A DNA stretch of 64,000 nucleotides from Ranitomeya imitator (GCF_032444005.1 NC_091291.1:20336001-20400000), one strand, 5' to 3'; positions 48,739-61,716 are shown, counted from the stretch's first letter. The notes: a model not told the origin generated them from the letters alone. Program-made: numbers and translations.

Positions 48739-49759
48739 AACTTGCCACCACCACAGAGCAAGTGGGAAGAGCGAGGCTAAGTGTCAGATTTGGTGCATAT
48801 TATTGATGCCCCATTTCTGAGGTGGCAGAGGGCTGATATTGGTAGTCTGGAGGCGATAGCCTTCCTAGGCTATTAATATCAGCCCACAGCTGTCTGTTTA
48901 GCCTTTGCTGTTTGTTTTTTCTAAATTCACCAGAAAAGGCTAAGCAAACAGCTGTGAGCTGTTATTAATAGCCTGGGAACCTTTTGCGATATTGTCCCCT
49001 TTTCCCAGATTATTAAAAACAGCCTTCAGAAGTGGGTTTTGCCTCTGCTGGTTACGAAAATTAGAGCCCGCGTTGCTTTTTAATTTAATTCTTTATTTTA
49101 ACTGAGACACTGATCTCAGGAAGACCAAGTGATAATAATGAGACCCGCCGTTAGCAGTGCGAACTGTACTACTTTGCCAAGGTGCCGCTGCATGTCACAC
49201 GGACAGCACACGGATGCCACATGGATGTGAAGCATGGACACAAGGACATGGACAGCAAGGTGGTTCATATGGGTGGCACACGGATACGGACCATGGACCT
49301 CACCACTACTGTTTTTTTCTGTAGAGGAATCACCAGGTTGTGCGAATGAGGCCTTACTTAGGCATCTCAATCCAGTAGTAGGTTTACCTATAGTCTATGC
49401 AGAACCACAGGCGCCGGCGGCACATGGCAAGGTCAATATGAATAGCGACAACCGTCAAACTCAGATCTGCTTCACGGATGTAGATCTGCTACATCTCTAC
49501 ATGGAAGGTTGTATTTGCTTTGACTTTGCTGAATAAGAAAATGTGTCGGAAAGATTCAAGTCCTGAAGCTGCTTGTAATGTGAGTCCGAGGCTTCTCTGC
49601 CAAAGTAAAGGTTTCCAGGGAAGGGTTACCTTCTGTGAACTCTTACTTTAGGGAGCTGAGAGGAAGAGGAGAGGACAAAGAAAAAGATGTAAAGGCGTCT
49701 GCACCCACCATGGACCACATATATGAAGACAAAGGGATTCGAGAAGGCTCTGTAGTACA

Positions 49760-49870
49760 CACCTCATCTGCTGCAGAACCTCATAATACACCTCAGCTGC
49801 TGTAGAACCTCATAATACATCTCAGCTGCTGTAGAATCTCATAATACACTCCAGCTGCTGCAGAACACTA
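49760..49870. repeat. 29-bp tandem repeat, about 4 copies
   Basis: Unit CACCTCAGCTGCTGTAGAACCTCATAATA. Confidence 0.85.
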
Positions 49871-50809
49871 TAGCATAAGACGTTTGTTGATTTCTTCATG
49901 GACACCTCATCTTCCCTCCCCTACATATATATAATGGCATCTGGTAGCAATGAGTTTTTCTCTTTTCTGGGATGGGTTTAGAACATTTTGTAGATCACGG
50001 AGAAGAGCGGCCGCCAGTAACCACACTTCTTCTGCTCCTTTAAGCTCCTTTCTGTGGCAAGAGGGGGTTATAGTCAGGACGTCTGTGACTCACAAACTAT
50101 TCCAGCCTTGATCTTCCAGCTGATTTTCCTTCCGTCTGTATCCAGGGGAAGAGCATACGATCATTCCTTAGCAGCAGGTAGAGTATTTATTCACACGCTA
50201 CCTTCATCTATAACTAATGCTACATTTTGGGGGTCGTTGTCACTCTCTACATTGTCTTTGTAATATATAATAAGTCTCTGAGTTATTATAATGGAACAGA
50301 TTTACTTGTAGCCCCGCAAAAGACCCCAGTGGTCCATTGTCTTGAAGGTGCTGAGTTGTCTTAGGGTGTCATACTTGGGCGCAACCAAATAATGGGACCT
50401 AAGTCTATGGTGCCAACACACATTCAATTTATGGTCAGCAGATGTTTCAGTCTTGTAGGGGATCATGTAGGAAAGAGGTAGACACTAGACATTGACCAGC
50501 AATGAATGCTATTGATGATGTCTTTCTCATTGACCTTCCTCCTCTCTTACCTGCTGGTGGGCATTGTGCCAGTGTGCAAGGTAACAGTTACAGGACAGGC
50601 AGATCACCACGGTCTTTACGCCAAGAACAAAGTAGATGTAAAGAACCAGGAATTTTGTGTTGAAGAACATAGAAGACTGGTATAAAGTTATACCGTCTTT
50701 GAACGATACCACATTTCTGAATTTCTGACTAGTTTGCAGCGCATATGGTTCCAAGCTTCTGCCTAGCAATCAGGTAGCAGGGTGCTGAGGTTTATTTTCT
50801 TGATACATG

Positions 50810-52230
50810 GCATGGTACTAAAATACTTCTACCTAATTGGTAGGTGGCATGGTGCTGAAGGTCTGCTTTCTCGATAGGTAGCATATTAATGAAGTTCTAA
50901 GTACTACTAAATTGGAGTCCTACCAATGTTCCAAATGCTCTGACATTACCTCACTTGGAAGGTGGCACAATTGGAAAGTTTCCTTCATGAGTATGTGGCA
51001 CAGTACTGGAGTTCGTATTTAGTAGCTGGTATGATACCAATTATCTGCTTACTTGGTAGATGGCATGGTACTAAGATTCTTCAACTTACATGCAAGATGT
51101 TATGAGACTGAAATTCTAATTATTTGATAGGTCACATGTTCTAAAGCTTTACATCTTGGTGATGGCATGATACTGAGGTTCTGCTTACTTGGTAGTTGGC
51201 ATGGTACTATGGTTCTGGTTATGTGGTACGTGGCATGATATCTTTTACTTGGTTCATCTCATGGTACTAAGGTTCTACCTACTTAATAGGTGTCATGGTA
51301 CTAAGTTCTACATAATTGGTAGGTGGCATGGCACCTATTTTCTTCTTACTTGGTGGGTGGAATGGTACTAAAGTTCTGCTTACTTGGCACATGTCAAGGT
51401 ACTAAGGTCCAACCTAATTGGTAGGTGGCATGGTACTTAATTCTACCTACTTGGTAGGTGGCATGGTCTAAGTTCTACCTACTTGGTAGGTGGCATGGTA
51501 CTAAGTTATGCCTACTTGGTAGATGGCATGGTACTAAGTTCTACCTACTTGGTAGGCGGCATGGTACTAAGTTCTACCTACTTGGTAGGTGGCATGTAAC
51601 TAAGTTCTATCTACATGGTAGATGGCATGGTACTAAGTTCTACCTACTTGGTAGGTGGCATGGTACTAAGTTCTATCTACTTGGTAGATGGCATGGTACT
51701 AAGTTCTACCTACTTGGTAGGTGGCATGGTACTAAGTTCTGTCTACTTGGTAGATGGCATGGTACTAAGTTCTACCTACTTGGTAGGTGGCATGGTACTA
51801 AGTTCTGTCTACTTGGTAGGTGGCATGTAACTAAGTTCTACCTACTTGGTCGGTGGCATGGTACTAAGTTCTACCTACTCGGTCGGTGGCATTGTACTAA
51901 GTTCTATGTACTTGGAAGGTGGCATGTTTCTATGTTCTACCTACTTTGGTATGTGGCATTGTATTAAGTTCTATGTACTTGGAAGGTGGCATGGTACTAG
52001 GTTCTACCTACTTGGTAGGTGGCATGATACTAAGCCTACCCACTTGGTAGGTGGCATTGAACTAAGTTCTTTGTTCTTGGTAGGTAGCACAGTACTAACG
52101 TTCTACCTACTTAGTAGGTGGCATGATACTTAAGTTCTTCTTACTTGGTAGGTGGCATGGTACTTAAGTTCTGCTTACTTGATACATCTCAAGGTACTAA
52201 GGTCCTACCTACCTGTTAGGTAGCATGGTT
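50810..52230. repeat. 33-bp minisatellite with a homogeneous core (about 51430-51900) and decayed flanks
   Basis: Unit GGTAGGTGGCATGGTACTAAGTTCTACCTACTT. The GRWHGTKFYLL ORF repeats follow from the 33-bp period. Confidence 0.95.
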
Positions 52231-52690
52231 TTGCTTAGTTCATTGGTAATCTAATTGGGATAATATGAATATTGCCAATCACTTGTGGCATAAATAGAAA
52301 AGAGGGGGCTTAAAGCAAAAATAAAAATATCTTTAAATGCATTGTTTCAGGAGAGGCGAGTCAATGCAGGTTCTCACCACCTTTTAGTATGTAGATTGGG
52401 ATCAGCCATGGTTACGACTGTAGTCACTGAGGGTTATGTACTTATACTTGTATAATCCTGTAAAGAATATTGAGTTACTACTATATATATATAAAATCAG
52501 GAAGCTGAGACATTATTCTAAACTGTAGACGTGAATAGGAACCCACCTCTTTCATTGTCATAACTCAGTGCCGGACTTTACCTGAGATCCGCCATGCAGC
52601 CTCCTCTCTGCTGCGTCATACATTGTTATTCCTTCGTTACGTGATGGTTTGTACTAAGCTCTGACTTGCTCTGTTTCAGACCACCCCACC

Positions 52691-53788
52691 ATGGAGCAGT
52701 CTACATTTTTCCCATCCTCACCCAATCCTTTGGCACTGCAACTGGAGGATGAAGAAGAAGAGTATGTCCCCACAGAAGATCTTCCATTAGAGCTGGAGAC
52801 CACACTCCGGTACATGTCCATTATCATTTACAGCATATCCTTCCTGCTTGGAACCATTGGCAATGGTTTGGTTATCTGGATTGCAGGATTTCGGATGAAG
52901 AGGACTGTAAACACCGTGTGGTTTTTGAACCTCGCCATTGCTGATTTCATCTTCACGTTCTTCTTACCGTTGAGTATTGCCTACACAGCCCTTCGATTTG
53001 ACTGGCCCTTTGGCACCTTACTATGTAAACTCAACAGTACTGTGGCTTTCTTGAATTTATTTGCCAGTGTCTTCCTCCTTACTGTCATCAGTGCAGACCG
53101 TTGTGTCTCCGTGGTAAGGCCGGTATGGGCGCAAAACAATAGGACCATCAAGCTGGCCAACGTCATAGCATTAGCCATTTGGTTAGTTGCCTTATGCCTT
53201 TGTTCACCCTATCTGGCCTTTAGGGACACTATAAGAGACAATGAAACCAATGTGACCCATTGCTATAATAATTATGCTTTTTCCAGTGACTTTGATGATT
53301 TGGAGGTGGTGGCTCTCAGGTCAATGAGGCACCAGGTGATGATCTCTGTACGGTTTCTTTTTGGTTTCCTACTCCCTTTTGGGCTTATTTTAGTTTTTTA
53401 TTCTTTGATGGCTCTCAAGTTGAGGAGGAGTCAACTTTCTTGGTCCAGTAGACCATTCAAGGTCATGGCCACTGTGGTGGTGGCTTTTTTTCTTTGCTGG
53501 TTTCCCTATCACATCCTGTCCGTTTTAGAAGTCGTCATGCACCACTGGGACAACAACACATTAAAAACTGCAGTTCTTATAGGAAGTCCTCTGGCTACAA
53601 GCTTGGCTTTCTTCAACAGCTGCTTGAACCCTTTCCTATATGTCTTCTTGGGGAGGGATTTCAAGGAATCTTTGCGAAGGTCCATACTTATGGCCTTCGA
53701 AAGTGCATTTAGTGAAGAACATGGTAAAAATAATTATAGCCATGGGAAGTCAAGATCAGTCTCTGACCAAGAGTCTCGGCTTACCTGA
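52691..53788 (+). CDS. CMKLR1/GPR33-like chemoattractant GPCR paralogue 3, 365 aa, intact with a full Ser-rich C-tail
   Basis: Acceptor TTTCAG ending at 52679 and Kozak CCACCATGG. Motifs are GNGLVIWIAGFRMKRTVNTVWFLNLA, DRC, CYNNY, RFLFGFLLP, CWFPYH and NSCLNPFLYVFLG. Orthology within the family is not resolved. Confidence 0.96.
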   Translation: MEQSTFFPSSPNPLALQLEDEEEEYVPTEDLPLELETTLRYMSIIIYSISFLLGTIGNGLVIWIAGFRMKRTVNTVWFLNLAIADFIFTFFLPLSIAYTALRFDWPFGTLLCKLNSTVAFLNLFASVFLLTVISADRCVSVVRPVWAQNNRTIKLANVIALAIWLVALCLCSPYLAFRDTIRDNETNVTHCYNNYAFSSDFDDLEVVALRSMRHQVMISVRFLFGFLLPFGLILVFYSLMALKLRRSQLSWSSRPFKVMATVVVAFFLCWFPYHILSVLEVVMHHWDNNTLKTAVLIGSPLATSLAFFNSCLNPFLYVFLGRDFKESLRRSILMAFESAFSEEHGKNNYSHGKSRSVSDQESRLT

Positions 53789-54682
53789 CTGAGCCTGGTC
53801 TCTCTACAATGAATCTTTGGTTGGAAGGATTTGTGTGTCTTTATGTTGACCATCTCCACATTTCTGCTCCAGATCTAAGGATCTTAGACTGCAGCTGCAC
53901 TCGTGCAATATCTTAATGGGCTATGGAACATTTGCTAAATATCTTTCTTTCTAATGTGATGTTGCATTATTGGGTTTTTCTGGAATTTTGGATTGTCTGG
54001 ACTACTCAATCCAAAGGTTACTTGATCCAGAGGGCATCAAAAAGTTGACTGTTTTGCCCTACGATCGCTTGTAGACAACCCCACATAACCAAATATACAT
54101 TATGTGTTATGTAAGATGAGACTTTAGCAGAGCTCAAGTTAATTCTTAGCATTGCGTTGTGCGTTCTGCAATTGCAGTCCTATGTAAAACCACAGGTAGC
54201 ATAAAGTGATACATTGGGTTTGTATCAAGGCAGAATCAGTCATATTTTAGCTTATGCAAATGTGTTTGTCCAGTTCTTGTACATGTGCCATGGAGGCTAT
54301 TATTATGGGGACAGGCAACATCCTACTGCAGAATATTACAATGAGCCTCTCCACAACCACCACTGGCTGATAACTGGGAGCAATAGACTGCATAATGGAA
54401 ATAATTTAGACTTTAGTGTTTGTATTTTTTTTGTGTCCTAAGAGTTTCTAATTTTTCTATTAATGGAAACTGCACTGTGGTATTACTACTAACGTCCTCT
54501 GCTGAGGTCAAACCACAAATATTTTATATCTGCTAGTCCCACTTTGCTATAAATGTGTATATCCACAATCATTCACATTACATTTTAATATGCATTTCTT
54601 GACAATATAATGGACATACATATAATACATAAAGGGGTTGTTCAATATTGTGCTATTAAAGCTTAACCATACTATACTAATA

Positions 54683-56063
54683 CAGTTACATCCTGTACTA
54701 TACTCCAGAGCTGCACTCACTATTCTGCTGGTGCAATCACTGGGAACATACATTACATTACTGATCCTGAGTTACATCCTGTATTATACCCCAGAGCTGC
54801 ACTCACTATTCTGCTGGTGCAGTCACTGTGTACATACATTACATTACTGATCCTGAGTTACATCCTGTATTATACCCCAGAGCTGCACTCACTATTCTGC
54901 TGGTGCAGTCACTGTGTACATACATTACATTACTGATCCTGAGTTACATCCTGTATTATACCCCAGAGCTGCACTCACTATTCTGCTGGTGCAGTCACTG
55001 TGTTCATACATTGCATTACTGATCCTGAGTTACATCCTGTATTATACCCCAGAGCTGCACTCACTATTCTGCTGGTGCAGTCACTGTGTACATACATTAC
55101 TGATCCCGAGTTACATCCTGTATTATACTCCAGAGCTGCACTCACTATTCTGCTGTTACAATCACTGTGTACATACATTACATTACTGATTCTGAGTTAT
55201 ATCCTGTATTATACCCCATAGCTGCACTCACTATTCTGCTGGTGCAGTCACTGTGTACATACATTACATTACTGATCCTGAGTTACCTCCTGTATTATAC
55301 CCCAGAGCTGCACTTACTATTCTGCTGGTGCAGTCACTGTGTACATACATTACATTACTGATCCTGAGTCACATCCTGTATTATACTCCAGAGCTGCACT
55401 TGCTATTCTGCTGGTGCAGTCACTGTGTACATACATTACTGATCCCGAGTTACCTCCTGTATTATACACCAGAGCTGCACTCACTATTCTGCTGTTACAA
55501 TCACTGTGTACATACATTACATTACTGATTCTGCGTTATATCCTGTATTATACCCCATAGCTGCACTCACTATTCTGCTGGTGCAGTCACTGTGTACATA
55601 CATTACATTACTGATCCTGAGTTACATCCTGTATTATACTCCAGAGCTGCACTCACTATTCTGCTGGTGCAGTCACTGTGTACATACATTACATTACTGA
55701 TCCTGAGTTACCTCCTGTATTATACCCCAGAGCTGCACTCACTATTCTGCTGGTGCATTCACTGTGTACATACATTACATTACTGATCCTGAGTCACATC
55801 CTGTATTATACTCCAGAGCTGCACTCGCTATTCTGCTGGTGCAGTCACTGTGTACATACATTACATTACTGATCCTGAGTTACATCATGTATTATACTCC
55901 AGAGCTGCACTCACTATTCTGCTGGTGCAGTCACCGTGTACATACATTACATTACTGATCCTGAGTTACCTCCTGTATTATACCCCAGAGCTGCACTCAC
56001 TATTCTGCTGGTGCAGTCACTGTGTACATACATTACATTACTGATCCTGAGTTACATCCTGTA
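54683..56063 (-). repeat. 86-bp satellite array 3, inverted relative to arrays 1 and 2
   Basis: Reverse complement of the same unit, about 16 copies, with a 339-bp four-unit duplication (55167 versus 55506). Confidence 0.98.
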
Positions 56064-57654
56064 ATTGAACAATGGTCACCTGAATTTGCAGAGACAGATC
56101 GGTATGACTGAGGACTATTTGATTTTGTAACGAGTTAGTGTTAGTTTAGAATCCACCACTGGCAGGTAATGAGGAAAGTGTTTCGCTGATTGAGACCCTA
56201 CAAAGTGTCTACAATATTCATCAGTAGGGACATTTGTGGCATCAGAGATATAATTCCCCTTTTTATTGTATTGGAAATAATGCTTACAAGGATTTAACAA
56301 GTGATGGAGGAAGAATAGCGACCTACAAACCTTTTCCTTTGTCCAGGGTCTGAAGTAGCCCCATTGCTTTTTCAGGGGCTGTAATGTATTGCCCTACCCC
56401 CGCTGTTTCATATTGCCTTATAAATGTCGTTAATATCTCCTTGGTGCTTTTTTCAAGGTGTGATAGACAAGAACAATTTACATTTTGAGCAATTTTACTG
56501 CTAAAAAAATTGTTTTGTTTTGACTTAAAAAATAAACTATTGCTTCCATAAAAATAATTAAGTGTCTTCATAATTTTTGTGATTATATGTACCTTTTGGG
56601 GATTGACCTGTCTAACATTCCATCTTACCTGGTAGGACCCTTTCCAGTACGGAGGACAAAAGGTTCACCTTTCAAAAGAAATTCACGTGCAGCCATCATT
56701 ACGTTCATTTTTTTACTATCATCATCTTTTTAATATTATGATATTTGTTCATTGATTGGGCGCGAATTCTCCCTATAGAATTGGGAACAAAAAGATTTAA
56801 AAAGAAAAAAATTTATATAACTTTATAGCTATATTTTTGTCATTATCCTCATCGCTTGCAAAAAATTAGGATTTATGTGTCTCGCCTCTCAGGGTTGGGC
56901 CTCTGCGCATGATTGGTGTTTATATTTTGAGTTCATATTGAAATATACAGAATGCATTCAGACCATGACAGAGCAGCATTGCTGGTCATACATTTACAGA
57001 CAGGCAATGTTCATAGTGACAAAATCTTGAGGACTGTTTTCTGAAGGTTTATACCTCACAAATAGTTCTATGTTTGTTGTTTTTTTTTATTCTAAAACAT
57101 TGAGGTTCATTTAACCTCTGTCTGCTGTGGACTTATGTACTCCTTGGGAGCTTTTATGTTGTGTGGGTTTATTGCCCATTGTCTGAGGCTTGCCTTGTAT
57201 CTCTGAATCATCTTATCCCACTTGAGGGCAAAGACTGAACCAGAGTTACACATAGTGCAAATCACTATATAAGGCCAGAGAAACATGACTAAGATGGAAG
57301 TAGAAAGTTGGGTAACTGTACTTGTACGTGTACCAGTGTTGTGATACCTGCATAAGTGCTGACGCCCATGCAGTGTTTTGAATTTTCCAGGGGTTCTCTG
57401 TTTTGGTGCTTGCTTCTCTGATATTCCAGATGGATGATATTTAAAAGCTCCTTGGTGACGATGTAAGTATATGTGCTTAATCATTATATGTATTTAATCT
57501 TTATATGTACTTAACCTTTGTATGTTAAAATATACAAAAGTCTATGCAATCATACTATTCCTTGAATTTAGTACTTTGAAATAAAATTGTGTTATATCAC
57601 AAATAGTGGCCTTCTTTGAAACCATATCCAAGCTTTGCTAAAATCTTGGCATTA

Positions 57655-58480
57655 TAGGCTTCTGCACATGATTGGTGTGCCACTGCACAGGGTTGGGCAT
57701 CTGCACAGGATTGGTGTGCCGCTGCACAGGGTTGGGCCTCTGCACAGGATTGGTGTGCCACTGCACAGGGTTGGGCCTCTGCACAGGATTGGTGTGCCGC
57801 TGCACAGGGTTTGGCCTCTGCACATGATTGGTGTGCCACTGCAGAGGGTTGGGCTTCTACACAGGATTGGTCCACCACTGCACATGGTTGGGCCTCTGCA
57901 CAGGGTTGGTGTGCCGCTGCACAGGGTTCGGCCTCTGCACAGGATTGGTCTGTTGCTACAGAGGGTTGGGCTTCTACACAGGATTGGTCCACCACTGCAC
58001 AGGGTTGGGCCTCTGCACATGATCGGTCTGCCACTGCACAGGGTTAAGCTTCTACACAGGATTGGTCTACTGCTGCACATGATTGGGCCTCTGCACAGGA
58101 TTGGGCTCTGCACAGGATTGGTGTGCCGCTGCACAGGGTTGGGCCTCTGCACAGGATTGGTCTGTCGCTGCACAGGGTTGTGCTTCTACACAGGATTGGT
58201 CTGTCGCTGCACAGGGTTGGGCTTCTACACAGGATTGGTCTGCCACTGCACCGGGTTGGGCCTCTGCACAAGATTGGTCTGTTGCTGCACAGGGTTGGGC
58301 TTCTACACAGGATTGGTCCGCCACTGCGCAGGATTGGGCTCTGCACAGGATTGGTCTGCCACTGCACAGGGTTAAGCTTCTACACAGGATTGGTCTACTG
58401 CTGCACATGATTGGGCATCTGCACAGGATTGGCCCTTTGCACAGGTTTGGTGTGCCACTGCACAGTATTGGACCTCTGCA
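57655..58480. repeat. 39-bp minisatellite (open in several frames)
   Basis: Unit GCACAGGGTTGGGCCTCTGCACAGGATTGGTGTGCCACT. A solitary related unit lies at about 56891-56920. Confidence 0.93.
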
Positions 58481-60377
58481 CAAGACTGAGAACACAACAG
58501 GCTGTTGTGTTTCCATCTCACATGAAGGGAAAGGATCATTGACCCAGAAATCAAACCCTGATTCGAGAGTTCCCATGGTCTGGACACCATGTTGTGCACA
58601 GAAAGAAAAGTCGATAGGACTGACAGGGACACAAGAATGGATGGCCGTCATCCAGTCCTGGCCCTTGTGTGCATCATGTATAATATTCACAGTCAAGCAA
58701 GTTTGCCGTAGACTACAGTGATTGGATGCTCTGCAGTATTTGTGATTCGCTGCCAATCCAATGTTTTGGAAAAATTTGGCAAAGATGGAGAATTAGAATT
58801 ACAAAAGACTCAGTCATCTCTAGCATTAATATTTGTGAAAAAGAAACATCTAACCCTTATCATTACTAATCAAGGTTCTGGGAATTTGGTTTGAACATAT
58901 CTAGGAAGTAACACTGAAGCTCCTCAGTGTTTTATCTATGGTGTCCAGAAGACGCTGCCTCTTGATAATCCGTCGATATCTGTTAACCTGGCGTAACTAT
59001 ATACACTGTAAGTTCTAATGTTAGTCAATGATTATGTGTTCATCTGCAATTTTTTTTTCTCAGCTCTTACTAACAAAAAAATTGCAGCATGCTGCGAGTG
59101 ACTGTGTATATCGGACGAGACTCACCAGTGCAAGTCAATGGGTGCAAGAAAAAAATCAACACATGGACCATGCGTGTGCCGTATGAATTTTATGCACCCA
59201 TCTCATAGGAACTCCAATATTTCATCAGTAAATTCACAGCATGAATTGTCAGAATAGAATAGATAGAATAGTTATATACACAGAATAGATAACAGGAAGA
59301 TGTCAGTGACGTCATAGTTTAATGTACATGTATTTAGTTAAAAAAATAGATAACTAAAAGAAAAAAAGGCATGGGGTCCGATAATTTTCTTTAACCAGCT
59401 GAGGGAAAGCAGACAACTGGAGGCAGATGTTTATAGCCAGGGAAGGGGCAATACCCATGGAGCTTCCCAGGCTATTAATGCCAGCTCAAAGCTGTATACT
59501 TAGCCTTTACTGATTATTAACAAGGGGTGACCCCCCAAAAATTATGTGGGGTCCCCCTATAATTAATAACTAGCAAAGGCTAGGCAGACAGCTGCAGGCT
59601 GATATTAATAGCCTAGGAAGGGGCCATGGACATTGGTCCCCTCCCAGACTAACAACATTAGCCCTCAGCATCCCCAGAAATGGTGCATCCATTAGATTAG
59701 CATCCACTCTTCCCATTTGCCCTGATGCGGTGGCAAGTAGGCTATTAAATTAGGGTTGATATCAGCTTTATAATGTCTGGTGACATCAAGCACAGTGGTT
59801 AGTTATGGAGAGGTATCACAGGAAGCAGGGTCCCTGCTGCAGGAAGCTGGTGGGCGGCAGCAGAAATTGGGCTATGCTGCCAGCTCTGGGCAGGAAAAAG
59901 AGGGTGTTGGCGGTGAAGCAGGAGTGAAGTTCCATCATGTGCATTGATTTCCTGGAAGTGGGCTTCAGGAAAATGGCTGCCGGAAGCGATGCATGCACAG
60001 ATTGGGATCTTGGCTCGGTGAAGATCCCAGTCTGCTCATGTGCTGCTTCAGGTGGCCATTTTCCTGAAGCACATTGCTTCAAAAAGTGGCCACCTCTTGC
60101 TATGCTTGCACAGATTGAGATCTCAACACATTCGAGATCTCAACCTGCACATGTGCCACATCCGGCTGCCAGCTTCTCTTTTCTGAAGCCCACCGCCAGA
60201 AAATCATTAAACTCTGCTCTGCCTCACCGTCGACAACCCTCCTTCTGCAGCATTGCCCTACTTCTGCCAGCGCCACTGGCTTCCTGCACCAGGAAATGTG
60301 CATCTGGTGACCCTGCTCAGTATGCTACCATAATTCGGACTATAAAACGGACCCCCATTTTATTAAAAATCTTATTA

Positions 60378-60575
60378 AAAATCTTATATTTTTCCTATTT
60401 TCCTTCCCAAAATTTGGGATCTGTTCTAGGGTCTGGTGTGTCTTATAGTCTGCAAAAAAACAGTAAATAAAAACCCCCCAAAACATTGTGGAGTTGCACT
60501 TTTTTTTTGCAATTTCACCATACCCTAGGACAGACCCCAAATTTTGGGAAGGAAAATAGGAAAAATATAAGATTT
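60378..60575. repeat. Inverted repeat of about 54 bp in a mariner/pogo-like MITE remnant
   Basis: AAATCTTATATTTTTCCTATTTTCCTTCCCAAAATTTGGG...TAGGGT versus ACCCTAG...CCCAAATTTTGGGAAGGAAAATAGGAAAAATATAAGATTT. Confidence 0.8.
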
Positions 60576-61044
60576 TATATGCGCCAGATACATCAATTTG
60601 GGTCTCTCTATTTATTGTATATATTGCATATACAGTATGAATATATTGTCTACATGTGTTCACTAACAGTATGCTCATTTCTTCCATTCCCCTCCAAAGC
60701 AACTTTATGTGCAAGACCCTGGACCGGGTCAAAATATTATCCGCATCTATAATTTTCTCTACACTCTGAGCTTATGTCTACCTGCACTAGAATTTTCAAA
60801 TTAAGAGAAATTGCATTCATCACAAGATTGTGCAGTGAATTTACCTTCCTACACGTCTCAGGGGCTCATAACCTCCTTCCACTAATGTGTGCACGCCAAA
60901 TTGCTTCCACTATGTCTCCTTATAAGCATTTAATAAATGTTGAGCTCTTCTTGATGCATCCACATAAGAGACCACAGGGACAAAACTTAAAATACAGTAA
61001 ACGTCACTGTATCAAACAAACCACATTATCTCAGATGTTTGCAT

Positions 61045-61115
61045 CTGATGCACGTTTCGCCATAGCTTCATCAGGAGTGATTTGCCCCTTGATGAAGCGA
61101 TGGCGAATGTTTACT
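61045..61115. other. Back-to-back inverted pair of hammerhead-like motifs
   Basis: Minus strand CTGATGA-A-GC TATG GC-GAAAC-GTGC-ATC. Plus strand TTGATGA-A-GC GATG GC-GAAT. Confidence 0.55.
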
Positions 61116-61479
61116 GATGTTTACAAGACTGTCTCCATATACATGTTTTAAATGCTAATAAAATTACGTCTTTAATGTATTTATGTTTTCTTTATAGGTT
61201 TAATTATTGTAAATTTGACCACAACCAATATACTTGGTTTACCCTTGGCTCAGTAGCTTCAACAAAATTCTGTAGGTTTTCTTTTAATCATACAGGATAA
61301 AAAAAGTCAGAATGTCCACATATAAATAAAAAAAAAATAATGCTTAAGTGTTTTGGGTAGAAAACATGGGGATATAAATGGCATTCATTTGGCAAAGAAT
61401 ATAATTATTGGACAGAATGGTGCCCGTTCAGGTATTTTTACAAATACTATATCTCTGTTCCACTATAAAATGTGCCAAC

Positions 61480-61716
61480 GTCTCGCTATGAGCGATTGGA
61501 TTGGAAAACATTCTCTGTCCTCCATAGTACACGCCTGTGCAAGGCAAGATTGCCTTGCGCAGGCGTGCACTACGGAGGACAGAGAAAGACCTTCATTCCA
61601 ATATTGCAGCCAGCATGCAGCCAACGGGTAAGGAAAGGGTGAATCAAACACCCGAAAACCCCGCCCCTATGGCTGAAAATTGTTCCCTCCAAATTCAGGT
61701 GACAGAGTCCCTTTAA
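61480..61716. mobile_element. TTAA-type (T2/Kolobok-like) MITE end
   Basis: Ends CCAAATTCAGGTGACAGAGTCCCTTTAA. Family assignment is inference. Confidence 0.55.

Noticed and set aside
51458-52133. GRWHGTKFYLL repeat protein
   Set aside because: In-frame consequence of a 33-bp unit. The start codon is not credible and the position is probably intronic.
52691-53788. Assigning the symbol cmklr1 or gpr33
   Set aside because: The sequence has features of both subfamilies. Orthology needs a tree and synteny that are not available here.
56170-56232. Minus-strand CTGATGA...GAAAC as another hammerhead
   Set aside because: No stem I pairing, no GUH cleavage triplet and no closing pair for stem II, so it is a chance match.
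57597-57660. G-patch domain (AKILAKLGY...KEG)
   Set aside because: Lacks the GxGLG half of the motif and sits at the end of a minisatellite-derived ORF.
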